From assembly GCA_025350525.1 (NCBI GenBank), contig JANXXR010000364.1, forward strand, positions 1 to 37,581: a stretch of 37,581 nucleotides of DNA. Direction: 5' to 3'. Positions 16,391-24,924 of the stretch are shown here, in pieces. Origin of the DNA: Deltaproteobacteria bacterium (GTDB lineage Bacteria; Myxococcota; Myxococcia; Myxococcales; 40CM-4-68-19). The notes under the pieces were generated by a model. The model made no database searches and was not told where the DNA came from. It saw nothing but the letters and a program-made list of their open reading frames with translations. Position numbers and translations under genes: made by a program. Position 1 is the first letter of the stretch; the number at the start of each line of letters is the position of its first letter.

Positions 16391-17871
16391 GCGGCCATCT
16401 CCAGGATCTGCTCGACGGGCAGCGAGAGGGAGAAGAGCGTGCCTCCCTCGGGCGGGCAGTCGAACTCGATCTGCCCGCGGTGCTCGGCCACGATGCGCGC
16501 CGAGGTGGCGAGCCCGAGCCCGTTGCCGTCCTTGCGGGTGGTGAAGAAAGGCGTGAAGACGTGGGCGCGGACTTCGAGGGGAATTCCCGGCCCGGTGTCG
16601 CCCACCTGCACGACGACGAATTCGTCGCGGACGAAGCTGGTGACGGTGAGCGTCCCGCCCTTGCCATTCATCGCCTGGAGCGCGTTGAGGCAGAGGTTGA
16701 GGAGCACCTGCTCGATCTGCCCCGGGTCGCCGTGCAGCGCCGGCAGCGACGGGTCGGGCACGAACTTGATCTCCACCGGCGTCTCGCTGTGCTGCTGCCC
16801 CACCAGGAAGAGCACGGCCTCGATGACCGGCGTCAGCTCCATCCGTTGCATGCGCGCGCGCGGCGGCCGGGCGAAGTTGAGCAGGCCCTCCATGGTGCGG
16901 GTCAGCCGCTGCACTTGATGTTGCATCTCGGCGACGACTTCGGCCTTGCTGCCGGTCCCGGCCAGATCTTCGGCGAGCAGCTCGAGCGCGCCGGAGAGGC
17001 CGGCCAGCGGGTTCTTGATCTCGTGGGCGAGGCCGGTGGCCATCTCGCCGACCGCGGCGAAGCGGTCCGCGCGCACCATCCGCTCGGCGTAGACCAGCTC
17101 CAGCTCGCGCGTGCTGCGCTTGAGCGCCGCGAAGGTCGCGTCGAATCCGCGGGCCGCCACGCCCAGCTCGTCGGGCCGCCCCTCGTCGGCGACGATGCTG
17201 GCGTCGCCTTCTTCGGCCAGCCGCATCGCCCGCACCAGGCGCTGCAGCGGATTGACCACTTCCCGCCCCAGCAGCCAATAGGCGCTCGCCAGCAGGATGA
17301 TGAGCGCCGGCACCGCCGCCACCACCAGCTCGCCGGCGAGCATCTTCTTGGCGGTCTGGACCGGATCGCGCGAGAAGCGCGCATCGATCCATCCGTTGAC
17401 CTTGGACACCGAGCCGTGACAGCCGGCGCAGCCCGGGGCGTTCTGGATGGGCCGGAGCACCGCGAACTGGTCCGAGTTGACCGGCCGCACCTCCGTCTTT
17501 TCCCCGCCGGGGAGCGTGGGCCAGGGGCGCGCATCGATCAGCTTTGGATTCGAAGAAGAAATCACCGTTCCGTCGGGGCGCATCAGGCTGACCGAGATCA
17601 CCTCCTGGCGGTGCTCGTCGACCATGGTGAGGATGACCGGCAGCGCGTTGCGCCCGGAGTGGAGCATCTCCGAGCTCAGCCCTTCGGCGGCGGCGTCGAC
17701 GAACATCTCGGCGCGGTGCCGCACGTTCTTCTCCAGGTCGCGGCCCAGCATCTCCACCGCGGCCAACACCATCAGTCCGAGCGTGACGGTGAAGAGCAGG
17801 GCCGAGGGCAAGAAGACGCGCGCCCGAAGGCTCGCGTTGAGCTTCCTGAAGCCGGGCAGCCGCTGCGGCAC
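16387..17871 (-). CDS. sensor histidine kinase with heme-c (CXXCH) periplasmic sensor domain, HAMP, HisKA, HATPase
   Basis: Two TM helices flank a domain of about 140 aa containing NAPGCAGCHGS. H-box GLAHEIKNPLAG, plus N/G boxes (LNLCLNALQAM, DTGPGI, GNGLGL). Start proposed at GTG 17871 (VPQRLPGFRK) behind GGGAGGAGG; GTG 17877 is an alternative. The track ORF extends to 18093, but that part has no support. Confidence 0.88.
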   Translation of the reverse strand: MPQRLPGFRKLNASLRARVFLPSALLFTVTLGLMVLAAVEMLGRDLEKNVRHRAEMFVDAAAEGLSSEMLHSGRNALPVILTMVDEHRQEVISVSLMRPDGTVISSSNPKLIDARPWPTLPGGEKTEVRPVNSDQFAVLRPIQNAPGCAGCHGSVSKVNGWIDARFSRDPVQTAKKMLAGELVVAAVPALIILLASAYWLLGREVVNPLQRLVRAMRLAEEGDASIVADEGRPDELGVAARGFDATFAALKRSTRELELVYAERMVRADRFAAVGEMATGLAHEIKNPLAGLSGALELLAEDLAGTGSKAEVVAEMQHQVQRLTRTMEGLLNFARPPRARMQRMELTPVIEAVLFLVGQQHSETPVEIKFVPDPSLPALHGDPGQIEQVLLNLCLNALQAMNGKGGTLTVTSFVRDEFVVVQVGDTGPGIPLEVRAHVFTPFFTTRKDGNGLGLATSARIVAEHRGQIEFDCPPEGGTLFSLSLPVEQILEMAA

Positions 17872-17894
17872 GCGCACCTCCTCCCTGCCTGCTG

Positions 17895-17910
17895 AGCAAG
17901 GTCCGGACCA
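17895..17910 (-). promoter_or_regulatory. candidate sigma54 (-24/-12) promoter for the kinase/regulator operon
   Basis: The minus strand reads TGGTCCGGACCTTGCT, with GG-N10-GC spacing and TTGCT at -12. It is only about 25 nt from the proposed GTG start, so the leader would be very short. Confidence 0.3.
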
Positions 17911-17960
17911 AGCTGCCCAAATGGCGTCTCCGGCGCGCGCGCTGCTAGCGGTTACAAAAC

Positions 17961-17996
17961 TTGCGCGGCGCAGAGAGCGACGCGCAATCGCTGCGC
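17961..17996. promoter_or_regulatory. nested palindromes, candidate enhancer (UAS) for the NtrC-type activator
   Basis: TTGCGCG(17961..17967)-N13-CGCGCAA(17981..17987) and GCGCAG(17968..17973)-N17-CTGCGC(17991..17996). They sit between two divergent sigma54-like promoters. Confidence 0.3.
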
Positions 17997-18038
17997 GTCT
18001 ACCCAGGTGACCGCTCTGGAGTCTCGGCAGTCGCTGGG

Positions 18039-18054
18039 TGGCACCCCTCTTGCC
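18039..18054 (+). promoter_or_regulatory. sigma54 (-24/-12) promoter upstream of the first NHL gene
   Basis: TGGCACCCCTCTTGCC has exact TGGCAC, 5 nt, then TTGC (consensus TGGCACG-N4-TTGCW). It ends 23 nt before ATG 18077, so the leader is short. Confidence 0.55.
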
Positions 18055-18076
18055 TGTGCAGCAAAGAGGAAATCGA

Positions 18077-19003
18077 ATGAAGACCCGCGTCAATCAAGTC
18101 ATCCTTACTCTTCTGGCCGCCTCGGCCTTTGCGCATCCGGCGTCCGCGGAAGTGATGCGGAGCAACTTCACCTACCGGCTCTCGGATTCGAACGGCGCCT
18201 TGCCGATCTCCTGGGCGACGATGAACTGGGACTCGCGCGCGGGCGAGCTCTACGTCATCGACTCGAGCAGCGGCACCGTCGATGTCTTCAACGACAACGG
18301 CATGGAGGTCTTCGCCTTCGGCAACGACTCGGGCCTGGGCACCGTCGTCGGCGCGGTGCCGATCGAGGGCGGCGACATTGTCGTGCTGGCGGTCAAGACA
18401 AAGGAGTGGTCGTTGGTGCGCTGCAACTTCCGAGGTGAGCCCATCGCGAGGATCGCGGTCAGCGGCGTGCCGGGGGGCTTCAGCCCGAGCGCGCTGCGGA
18501 CCGCGAAGGGAAAACTCTATCTCGCAGATGGGAACAACCTCATGATCGTAGAGATCGGGATCTCCGGCGCGGTCTCCGCGTCCTGGGATCTGGCGAAGCT
18601 CCTCAAGCTCGACTTGAAGAAGCGTCCCGGCAACGACCTGCGCGGCTTCAACGTCTCGCCGGACGGCAACATCCTCGGGACCATCTCGGGACTCTTCCTC
18701 GCCTTCGTCCTCACGCCCGACGGCCAGCTGCATCCGTTTGGCACGCGCGGCGGCGCGCCCGGCAAGTTCAACATCGTCGCCGGCATCGCCGCCGACGAAA
18801 CCGGCCACCTCTACGTGACCGACGTGCTGCGCGCGGTGGTGATCGTCTTCGACAAAGAGTTCAAGTTCATCGGCGAGTTCGGCTACCGCGGCTACGACGA
18901 CGACAACCTCGTCGCCCCCAACGAGGTCGCGGTGAGCAACGGCCGCGTCTTCGTCAGCCAGAGCGTCGGCGGCGTCAAGGTGTTTGAAGTCGTCTTCCAA
19001 TAG
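18077..19003 (+). CDS. NHL-repeat beta-propeller protein, exported
   Basis: ATG 18077 follows AGAGGA. Signal peptide MKTRVNQVILTLLAASAFAHPASA. Repeated blades of the type GxLYVxDxxxxxVxVF (ELYVIDSSSGTVDVF, KLYLADGNNLMIVE, HLYVTDVLRAVVIVF, RVFVSQSVGGVKVF). Confidence 0.8.
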   Translation: MKTRVNQVILTLLAASAFAHPASAEVMRSNFTYRLSDSNGALPISWATMNWDSRAGELYVIDSSSGTVDVFNDNGMEVFAFGNDSGLGTVVGAVPIEGGDIVVLAVKTKEWSLVRCNFRGEPIARIAVSGVPGGFSPSALRTAKGKLYLADGNNLMIVEIGISGAVSASWDLAKLLKLDLKKRPGNDLRGFNVSPDGNILGTISGLFLAFVLTPDGQLHPFGTRGGAPGKFNIVAGIAADETGHLYVTDVLRAVVIVFDKEFKFIGEFGYRGYDDDNLVAPNEVAVSNGRVFVSQSVGGVKVFEVVFQ

Positions 19004-19114
19004 TCCAATCAGCGGGCATTTCGGTCTGGGTGCAAACCCCCAACACTGGGTGTGGTGGCTCACGCCGCCCGAGCCGCAAAACCGAAAAACCCACTGGAAT
19101 CAACGCTCCCTGCT

Positions 19115-19130
19115 TGGCGCTTCGCTTGCT
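19115..19130 (+). promoter_or_regulatory. sigma54 (-24/-12) promoter upstream of the hexaheme cytochrome gene
   Basis: TGGCGCTTCGCTTGCT has GG-N10-GC spacing, 5/6 at -24 and TTGCT at -12. It lies 59 nt upstream of ATG 19189 (SD AAAGGAG). Confidence 0.6.
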
Positions 19131-19188
19131 TAGTGCAGCGAGCAGAAGTCCCGGCTTTCGAAGCTTCAAGCAGTGAAAGGAGCACCAG

Positions 19189-20640
19189 ATGAAATCCCTC
19201 AAGTTTGGAACCATCCTCGTCGCCTTCGCAATGGCGACCTTCGCGTTCGCCCCAGAGGCGTTCGCCTTCCATGACGGCGGCGTCGCGTACTGCGACGGCT
19301 GCCACACGATGCACAACTCCTCCGGCGGCAAGGCGGTTGCAATCAAGGGCGCGAGCACGCAGTTCCAGGGCGTGGCCGACTTTCTCTTGCAAGGCTCCGA
19401 CCCCAGCTCGACCTGTCTCAACTGCCACGCCAGCGCGACGGGCGGCGGCTATCACATCATGACGTACCCCCTCGCGCTTACGGGCTTCCCTGCTAACACG
19501 ACGCCGGGCGGCGATTTCGCATGGCTCGGCATCGCTTCAGCCCCGGGCACCACGACCAGCTACGGCGCTCCCTTTAATAGCAAGGGCGAGCGGCATGGCC
19601 ACAACGTGGTCGCGAAAGACTACGGTATGATCGCTGACGCGACTCTCCTGACGGCTCCGGGCGGCACGTACACTGCCGCGACGCTCTCTTGCGTCAGCTG
19701 CCACGACCCACACAGCCGCGCCCGCGTCGTCGATGCGAACGGGACCATCGCCTACAACAAGCTCGGCGCGAAGACGCTGCCCATCGCCGGCTCAGGCTCC
19801 TACGGTGCGACCGCAACGGCGACCGAAGCCGTGGGCGTGTACCGCCTTCTTGGCGGCAAGAACTACGTCAACGAGGGAGCCGGCTACACGTTCGATCAAG
19901 CCGATCCGCCGGTGGCCGTCGCTCCTTCGAACTTCAACCGCACCGAGGCGGTCACTGACATGCGCGTCGCCTACGGCGCGGGCATGAGCGAGTGGTGCTC
20001 CAACTGCCACACCGCGCTCCACAACCCCAACGTCATGGCGGCCAACACCAAGCTCATCCACCCGTCGGGCGCCGGGGCGAAGCTGGCCACGAGCGCGACG
20101 GTCTGGGGCGCCCCCACGACTGAGGCGGGCATCTACAACGCCTACAAGGCCTCGGGCGACCTGACCAACACTGTGGCCACTTCGTACACCTCGTTGGTTC
20201 CGTACGAGGAGGGCACCACCGTGATCGCCACGCTGGCCGGAGACGCGTCCATGATTGGCGGCAGCGCCGCAGTTCCCGCCGTCGGTCCTGCCGGTTGCGT
20301 TCCTAACGGGACTACTTGCATTGCCGCCATTCCCGCCGTTCTGGGCCTCGCGAAGACAACCGGCCCGAGCACTGGCACCGAGAACGTCATGTGCCTGACC
20401 TGCCACCGCGCGCACGCGGGCGGCTTCGACTCCGCTACCCGCTGGCAGAACCGCGGCGAGTTCCTCACCATCGCCGGCGCCTGGCCGGGCAGCGATGCGC
20501 CGACCCTCGAGGGCAAGGGCGGGCAGTACTCGAACGGCTATACCCAGGCGCAGTACACGGCAGCCATGGGCGGTCGGTCGGCGACGAACTACGCCACCTT
20601 CCAGCGCTCGCTGTGCAACAAGTGCCACGCAAAGGACTAA
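19189..20640 (+). CDS. hexaheme c-type cytochrome, exported
   Basis: Signal peptide MKSLKFGTILVAFAMATFAFAPEAFA. Six CXXCH motifs (CDGCH, CLNCH, CVSCH, CSNCH, CLTCH, CNKCH) spread over 483 aa, with long Ala/Thr/Gly-rich heme-free stretches. Confidence 0.88.
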   Translation: MKSLKFGTILVAFAMATFAFAPEAFAFHDGGVAYCDGCHTMHNSSGGKAVAIKGASTQFQGVADFLLQGSDPSSTCLNCHASATGGGYHIMTYPLALTGFPANTTPGGDFAWLGIASAPGTTTSYGAPFNSKGERHGHNVVAKDYGMIADATLLTAPGGTYTAATLSCVSCHDPHSRARVVDANGTIAYNKLGAKTLPIAGSGSYGATATATEAVGVYRLLGGKNYVNEGAGYTFDQADPPVAVAPSNFNRTEAVTDMRVAYGAGMSEWCSNCHTALHNPNVMAANTKLIHPSGAGAKLATSATVWGAPTTEAGIYNAYKASGDLTNTVATSYTSLVPYEEGTTVIATLAGDASMIGGSAAVPAVGPAGCVPNGTTCIAAIPAVLGLAKTTGPSTGTENVMCLTCHRAHAGGFDSATRWQNRGEFLTIAGAWPGSDAPTLEGKGGQYSNGYTQAQYTAAMGGRSATNYATFQRSLCNKCHAKD

Positions 20641-20662
20641 CTGACGTCCAGCTGGCCTGAAC

Positions 20663-20697
20663 GAGGAGGGTCGCGAAAGCGGCCCTCCTCTTCATTT
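20663..20697 (+). terminator. intrinsic terminator after the hexaheme cytochrome gene
   Basis: GAGGAGGGTCGC-gaaa-GCGGCCCTCCTC (12-bp stem with one G-U pair) followed by TTCATTT. It starts 23 nt after the TAA stop. Confidence 0.7.
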
Positions 20698-20821
20698 GTG
20701 GAGCACCCGGGCGGGGCATGGCCCGTGCAGTACCAGTGCAGTAGACGGTGCGAACCGAGCGCCATACCGCGGCTGCGCGCCCCGGCGAGCGCAATTGCTG
20801 CGCTGCCGCGCAAGGATTGTC

Positions 20822-22201
20822 ATGGACTTGAGGCGACCAGCGCTGGCGCTCCCGCTGCTCGCCGCCTGTTCGCTGGTCTCGCACCAGATCGCGGCCACCG
20901 CGCCGCTCGAAAACGAAGCAGAGATCTTCGTCGAGCTGCAGCCGCTGCCGGGCGACGCCGCCCGCCTCGTCTTCGAGTTGACCTCTGTCTCTGCCGTGCG
21001 GGCCGACGGGCGCGCCATGCCGCTCGAGGTCGCGCTCGACGGCGCGCCGGGCCGGCAGCGGCTGCTCGCGAGTGGCCGCGTCGAGGCGGGCACGTACACC
21101 GGCCTTGCCTTGCTCTTCAAGCGCGCCACGCTGGGCGGCTCCGACCTGCTCGTCGTCAAGGAGCCCATTCATATCGAGGCGCCGTTCGCAGTCTCGCGGC
21201 GGCGCGCGGTGGTGCTCTGGCTGACGCTGCAGCCCGCCTCGACGGACCAGCGATTCGCCTTCGCACCTTCCTTCATAGCTGCGGTGCCGGCAAAGGCCGT
21301 GGTCGCGCTCACCGCCTTCTGCTCCGACGAGGCCTCCCACCAGCTGACCATCTTCGACAAGCGCACGCGCAAGGTCACCGAGGTCCTGCCCACCGGCCGC
21401 GCGCCGTGGGGGATCGCGCTCGATCCCATCGCCAGCCGCGCCTACGTGGCGCTGGCCGAGGACGACCAGGTGGCCATCGTCGACATCGCCAACGGCGCCG
21501 AGGTCTCGCGCATCCGCCTCAACGCCGGAGACTCGCCGCGCGAACTGCTCCTCACGCCGGACCGCCGGCTGCTCCTCTCGGCCAACGCGGGCTCGAGCAC
21601 GGTGAGCCTCATCGATCCGAATTCCATGATCGAGGTCGGGCGCGTGCAGACCGGCGACGAGCCCACCTCGCTGCTCCTCGATCGCAGGGGCGCGCGGGCC
21701 TACGTCTTCAACCAGCGCTCCAGCTCGATCTCGGTCGTTGACCTCGCCACCCGCTCGGTGGTGGCGACGGTGCCCACCGAGAATGCGCCGCTGCGCGGGC
21801 AAATCGACCGCGCCGGCACACGGCTCTACGTCGCCTCGCCCAACTCGGCCTACCTCGCCGTCTACTCGCTACCCGACTTGTCGGTCGCAAAGCGCGTCTA
21901 CGTCGGCCTGGGAACCAGCGCCCTGAAAGTTGATTCCAATACCGACCTTCTTTATGTCGCCAATGGGATTGATAAGCGGCTGGCGGTCTTCGATCCCTTC
22001 TCGCTCCTGCCCATCGATTACCTGGAAGTATCGGGCGCCGTCTCGTGGATGGCCATCGACGACGCCGAGAATGCGATCTTCGTGCTCCTGCCTGACAGCC
22101 ATTCCATCGAGGCGATCCATTTGACCACCAAGAAGCCGCTCGGCGGGTTTTCCGTCGGCGCCCAGCCGCGCGTGCTGGCGCTGATAGGGGAGAGGAACTG
22201 A
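20822..22201 (+). CDS. lipoprotein with N-terminal beta-sandwich (DUF4382-like) and YVTN-type beta-propeller repeats
   Basis: ATG 20822. Lipobox LPLLAAC. Repeats of about 40 aa: PWGIALDPIASRAYVA, PRELLLTPDRRLLLSAN, PTSLLLDRRGARAYVFN, LRGQIDRAGTRLYVAS, ALKVDSNTDLLYVAN. Confidence 0.8.
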   Translation: MDLRRPALALPLLAACSLVSHQIAATAPLENEAEIFVELQPLPGDAARLVFELTSVSAVRADGRAMPLEVALDGAPGRQRLLASGRVEAGTYTGLALLFKRATLGGSDLLVVKEPIHIEAPFAVSRRRAVVLWLTLQPASTDQRFAFAPSFIAAVPAKAVVALTAFCSDEASHQLTIFDKRTRKVTEVLPTGRAPWGIALDPIASRAYVALAEDDQVAIVDIANGAEVSRIRLNAGDSPRELLLTPDRRLLLSANAGSSTVSLIDPNSMIEVGRVQTGDEPTSLLLDRRGARAYVFNQRSSSISVVDLATRSVVATVPTENAPLRGQIDRAGTRLYVASPNSAYLAVYSLPDLSVAKRVYVGLGTSALKVDSNTDLLYVANGIDKRLAVFDPFSLLPIDYLEVSGAVSWMAIDDAENAIFVLLPDSHSIEAIHLTTKKPLGGFSVGAQPRVLALIGERN

Positions 22202-22208
22202 GGCGTGG

Positions 22209-24371
22209 ATGAGAGCCCGGATCCACATCGCCTCCCTGATCGCGCTGCTTTCGGGCGGGGCGTGGGCTGAAGGGATCTCGGGCTTTGTCGACGAGAGCTA
22301 TTCGCATTCGAATTCGAGCACCACGGATCCAGCCGGCAACACGCAGCACTTCGTTTCAGACCAGCTCACCCAGAGGTATCGCCTGACGCTCGACCGAAGC
22401 TTCTTTCCGCTCCTGCGGTTCAGCGGCGGTGGCCTCTTTGAGCAGAGCAATGCCTGGCGCCCGGCGACATGGTCGCGGACGGAGAGCGCGTTTGCCAACC
22501 TCAACCTGAGCGGGCCCATCCTGAGCGGCGCCGCCGGCTACAACTACCGCGTCGAGAAGGCGAGCGTGCTCACCGGCCCGCCCCCGGCGCTGGTGATCGA
22601 GGAGCCGAGCCTGTTCGCCATCTGGCGTCCCACCGGGCTGCCGGCCTTCTCGCTGCGCTTGTCCCGGCCGCACAATTACGACACGCTTCGCGTCTCGCAG
22701 GACGTGGTGACGAACCTCGCGCTCTTCAGCGCCACCTGGTCGCCGGTCAGGCATATCGACCTGCTCTACACGGCAAGTTATGCCGAGCCGATCGATCGGC
22801 TGCACCACACCGACTCGACCTCGATCTCGCAGACCGGGCGGGTCAACTACTCCAATACCTTCGAAGGCGGCATCACGGCCGTCGCCGCCGGCGCCGAAGT
22901 CAGCAACCAGCGGTCCCACGTCTCCAGCTCGGGTCCGGGCGGCACCATCGCGACGCAGCAGGCGCCGCTCGCCGGGCTGTCGCTCGTCGAGACCTTCCCG
23001 GCCATCCCCACGCAAGACACGCTGGTCGCAAACCCTGCGCTGATCGACGGCAACACGACCGCGAGCGCGAACCTCGATCTCGGCTTTTCCGTAGCGCTCG
23101 CAGGCGACACCAACGCGCGCGACTTCGGCGTGCAGTTCCCGGATCTCCTCGGCAAGGTCAATACGTTTTATCTCTGGGTGGACCGCGAGCTCCCCGCGCA
23201 GGTCTCGGGCGCGTTCCGCTGGACGGTCTTCCAGAGCGACGACAACTTCCGCTGGACCGAGGTGCCCATCGCCGGGCCGGTGGTCTTCGGCGTCTTCCAG
23301 AACCGCTTCGAGATCACCATCGCCACCACCACCGCGCGCTTTCTCAAAGTCGTGACCAAGCCCATCGATCCCTCGGTCACCCTCGACAAGCGCTTCAGCA
23401 ACATCTTCGTCACCGAGCTTCAGCTCTTCCTCGTCACGCCGGTGGGCGCGACTGGATGGCAGTCAAACACCAGGGCCAGCTTCAACACCAGCGCGCGCAG
23501 GCAGGTCTTCTACCCCAACCTCTTTTACGACTTCGGCTCCATCCTCACCCTCGCCACCGTGCCCGGCGGGACGCCGAACTACAGCTACCTGGTCACCAAC
23601 GGCCTCTCGTACAGCCGCAGGCTGAGTCCGATCCTGCTCTTCAACTCGCGCCTGGCCCGGCAGGACCAGGGCCTCTCGCGCTCGCACGAGGGACTCTTCC
23701 TCTACAGCGCCGCGCTCGCTGCCACGCCTTTGCCGACGCTGAGCCACAACCTCGTCTACAGCGGGCAGACCATCTCCAACGCGCAGGGCTTCGGCACCAC
23801 CAACTCGCTCTCGTTTTTCAACCGGGCGACTCCGTACCGCGGCATCGGGCTGCTCGCCGGCGCGCTGGCCACCCTGGTGGGGAGCCCCAGCGGGCAGAAG
23901 CTCTTGAGCAAGGGGCTGACCTTCAATGCCTCGGTGCAGCCCAATCCCAAGCTGACGCTCGGGGGAACCTTTGCCCACTCGGACACCACCATTAGCGGCG
24001 GCGGCGGGCCCCGCAGCTCCAGCGCGTCGAACCGCATCGACGGCAGCATCTCCTTCAACCCGGTGCCGGCGTTCTACGTGTCGGCAGCCATCTCGCGCGT
24101 CATTACAAGGCCGCGGCCGCAGACGTTCGCGAGCGGCACGCTCAGCTTTTCGCCCTTTGCCGGCGGCGACCTGCAGCTCGCCATGACCTACAGCGAGACG
24201 CGGCAGCAGCCCGGAGGGACCACGCGCCTGTTCGTGCCGAGCGTGCGCTGGAACATCCGGGCCGGCACGATCCTGAGCGTCTCGTACTCGGTTCTCGACA
24301 GCGCCGCGAGCGCCGACCCCAGCCGGACCCATTCGAACACCTTCACCGCCGACTTCCAGACGGCGCTATGA
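22209..24371 (+). CDS. 720-aa outer-membrane beta-barrel protein with an internal discoidin (F5/8 type C)-like insert
   Basis: Signal peptide MRARIHIASLIALLSGGAWA. Long runs of alternating hydrophobic strands occur before residue 260 and after residue 415, ending ...FTADFQTAL. Residues 262-408 read like a discoidin domain (LIDGNTTASANLDLG, TFYLWVD, WTVFQSDDNFRWTEV, ARFLKVV, IFVTELQLF). SD GAGG lies 5 nt upstream. Confidence 0.7.
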   Translation: MRARIHIASLIALLSGGAWAEGISGFVDESYSHSNSSTTDPAGNTQHFVSDQLTQRYRLTLDRSFFPLLRFSGGGLFEQSNAWRPATWSRTESAFANLNLSGPILSGAAGYNYRVEKASVLTGPPPALVIEEPSLFAIWRPTGLPAFSLRLSRPHNYDTLRVSQDVVTNLALFSATWSPVRHIDLLYTASYAEPIDRLHHTDSTSISQTGRVNYSNTFEGGITAVAAGAEVSNQRSHVSSSGPGGTIATQQAPLAGLSLVETFPAIPTQDTLVANPALIDGNTTASANLDLGFSVALAGDTNARDFGVQFPDLLGKVNTFYLWVDRELPAQVSGAFRWTVFQSDDNFRWTEVPIAGPVVFGVFQNRFEITIATTTARFLKVVTKPIDPSVTLDKRFSNIFVTELQLFLVTPVGATGWQSNTRASFNTSARRQVFYPNLFYDFGSILTLATVPGGTPNYSYLVTNGLSYSRRLSPILLFNSRLARQDQGLSRSHEGLFLYSAALAATPLPTLSHNLVYSGQTISNAQGFGTTNSLSFFNRATPYRGIGLLAGALATLVGSPSGQKLLSKGLTFNASVQPNPKLTLGGTFAHSDTTISGGGGPRSSSASNRIDGSISFNPVPAFYVSAAISRVITRPRPQTFASGTLSFSPFAGGDLQLAMTYSETRQQPGGTTRLFVPSVRWNIRAGTILSVSYSVLDSAASADPSRTHSNTFTADFQTAL

Positions 24372-24378
24372 GGACGCC

Positions 24379-24924
24379 ATGAAGAGATACCTTCTGCTTC
24401 TCCTGCTCGCCGCCTGCGCTTCCGGGCGCAGGTACCAGGACAAGGGCATGGACTTCGCCGCCGTCCGGACGGTGGCGGTGCTGCCCTTCCAGAACCTGAC
24501 CACCGCCAACACGGCGCACGAGCGCGTGCGCGACGTCTTCTCCAACATGCTGCTCGCGACCGGCGCCCTCTACGTGCTGCCGGCCGGCGAGGTCGCGCGC
24601 GGAATCAACCGCGGCGGGGTGGCGCTGCCGAGCACGCCGTCGAAGGAAGAGTTCATCGCCATCGGCAAGATGCTCGCCGCCGACGCGGTCATCACCGGCG
24701 TCCTCAAGGAGTACGGAGAAGTCCGATCCGGGAACAGCACCGCCAACTCGATCTCGCTCAGCGTGCAGATGGTCGAGGCCGGGACCGGCAAGATCGTCTG
24801 GTCCGCCTCGACCACCAAGGGCGGGATCGGCTTCTTCGACCGCCTCCTCGGAGGCGGCGGCGACCCGATGAACAAGGTGACCGAGGATGCGGTCCATGAC
24901 CTGCTCAACCAGCTCTTTCATTGA
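24379..24924 (+). CDS. small lipoprotein, TolB-N/LpoB/DUF799-like module
   Basis: Lipobox LLLLLAAC, then AVRTVAVLPFQNLTTANTAHERVRDVFSNMLLATG. SD GAGGA lies upstream of the ATG, 7 nt after the barrel gene's stop. Confidence 0.7.
   Translation: MKRYLLLLLLAACASGRRYQDKGMDFAAVRTVAVLPFQNLTTANTAHERVRDVFSNMLLATGALYVLPAGEVARGINRGGVALPSTPSKEEFIAIGKMLAADAVITGVLKEYGEVRSGNSTANSISLSVQMVEAGTGKIVWSASTTKGGIGFFDRLLGGGGDPMNKVTEDAVHDLLNQLFH

Noticed and set aside
14969-16918. 649-aa plus-strand ORF, and 16480..17895 (+), antisense to the regulator and kinase
   Set aside because: No recognisable motifs, and they sit opposite genes with complete REC/AAA+/HTH and HisKA/HATPase signatures.
17999-19063. 354-aa minus-strand ORF antisense to the first NHL gene
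   Set aside because: Its acidic, Val-rich low-complexity translation mirrors the NHL repeats. It has no start context and no family resemblance.
20714-20729. Possible fourth sigma54 promoter (GGGCATGGCCCGTGCA) ahead of the YVTN/barrel operon
   Set aside because: The spacing is right, but the -24 box lacks the T and the -12 box is GTGCA rather than TTGCA. It is kept only as a remark in a finding, not as a feature.
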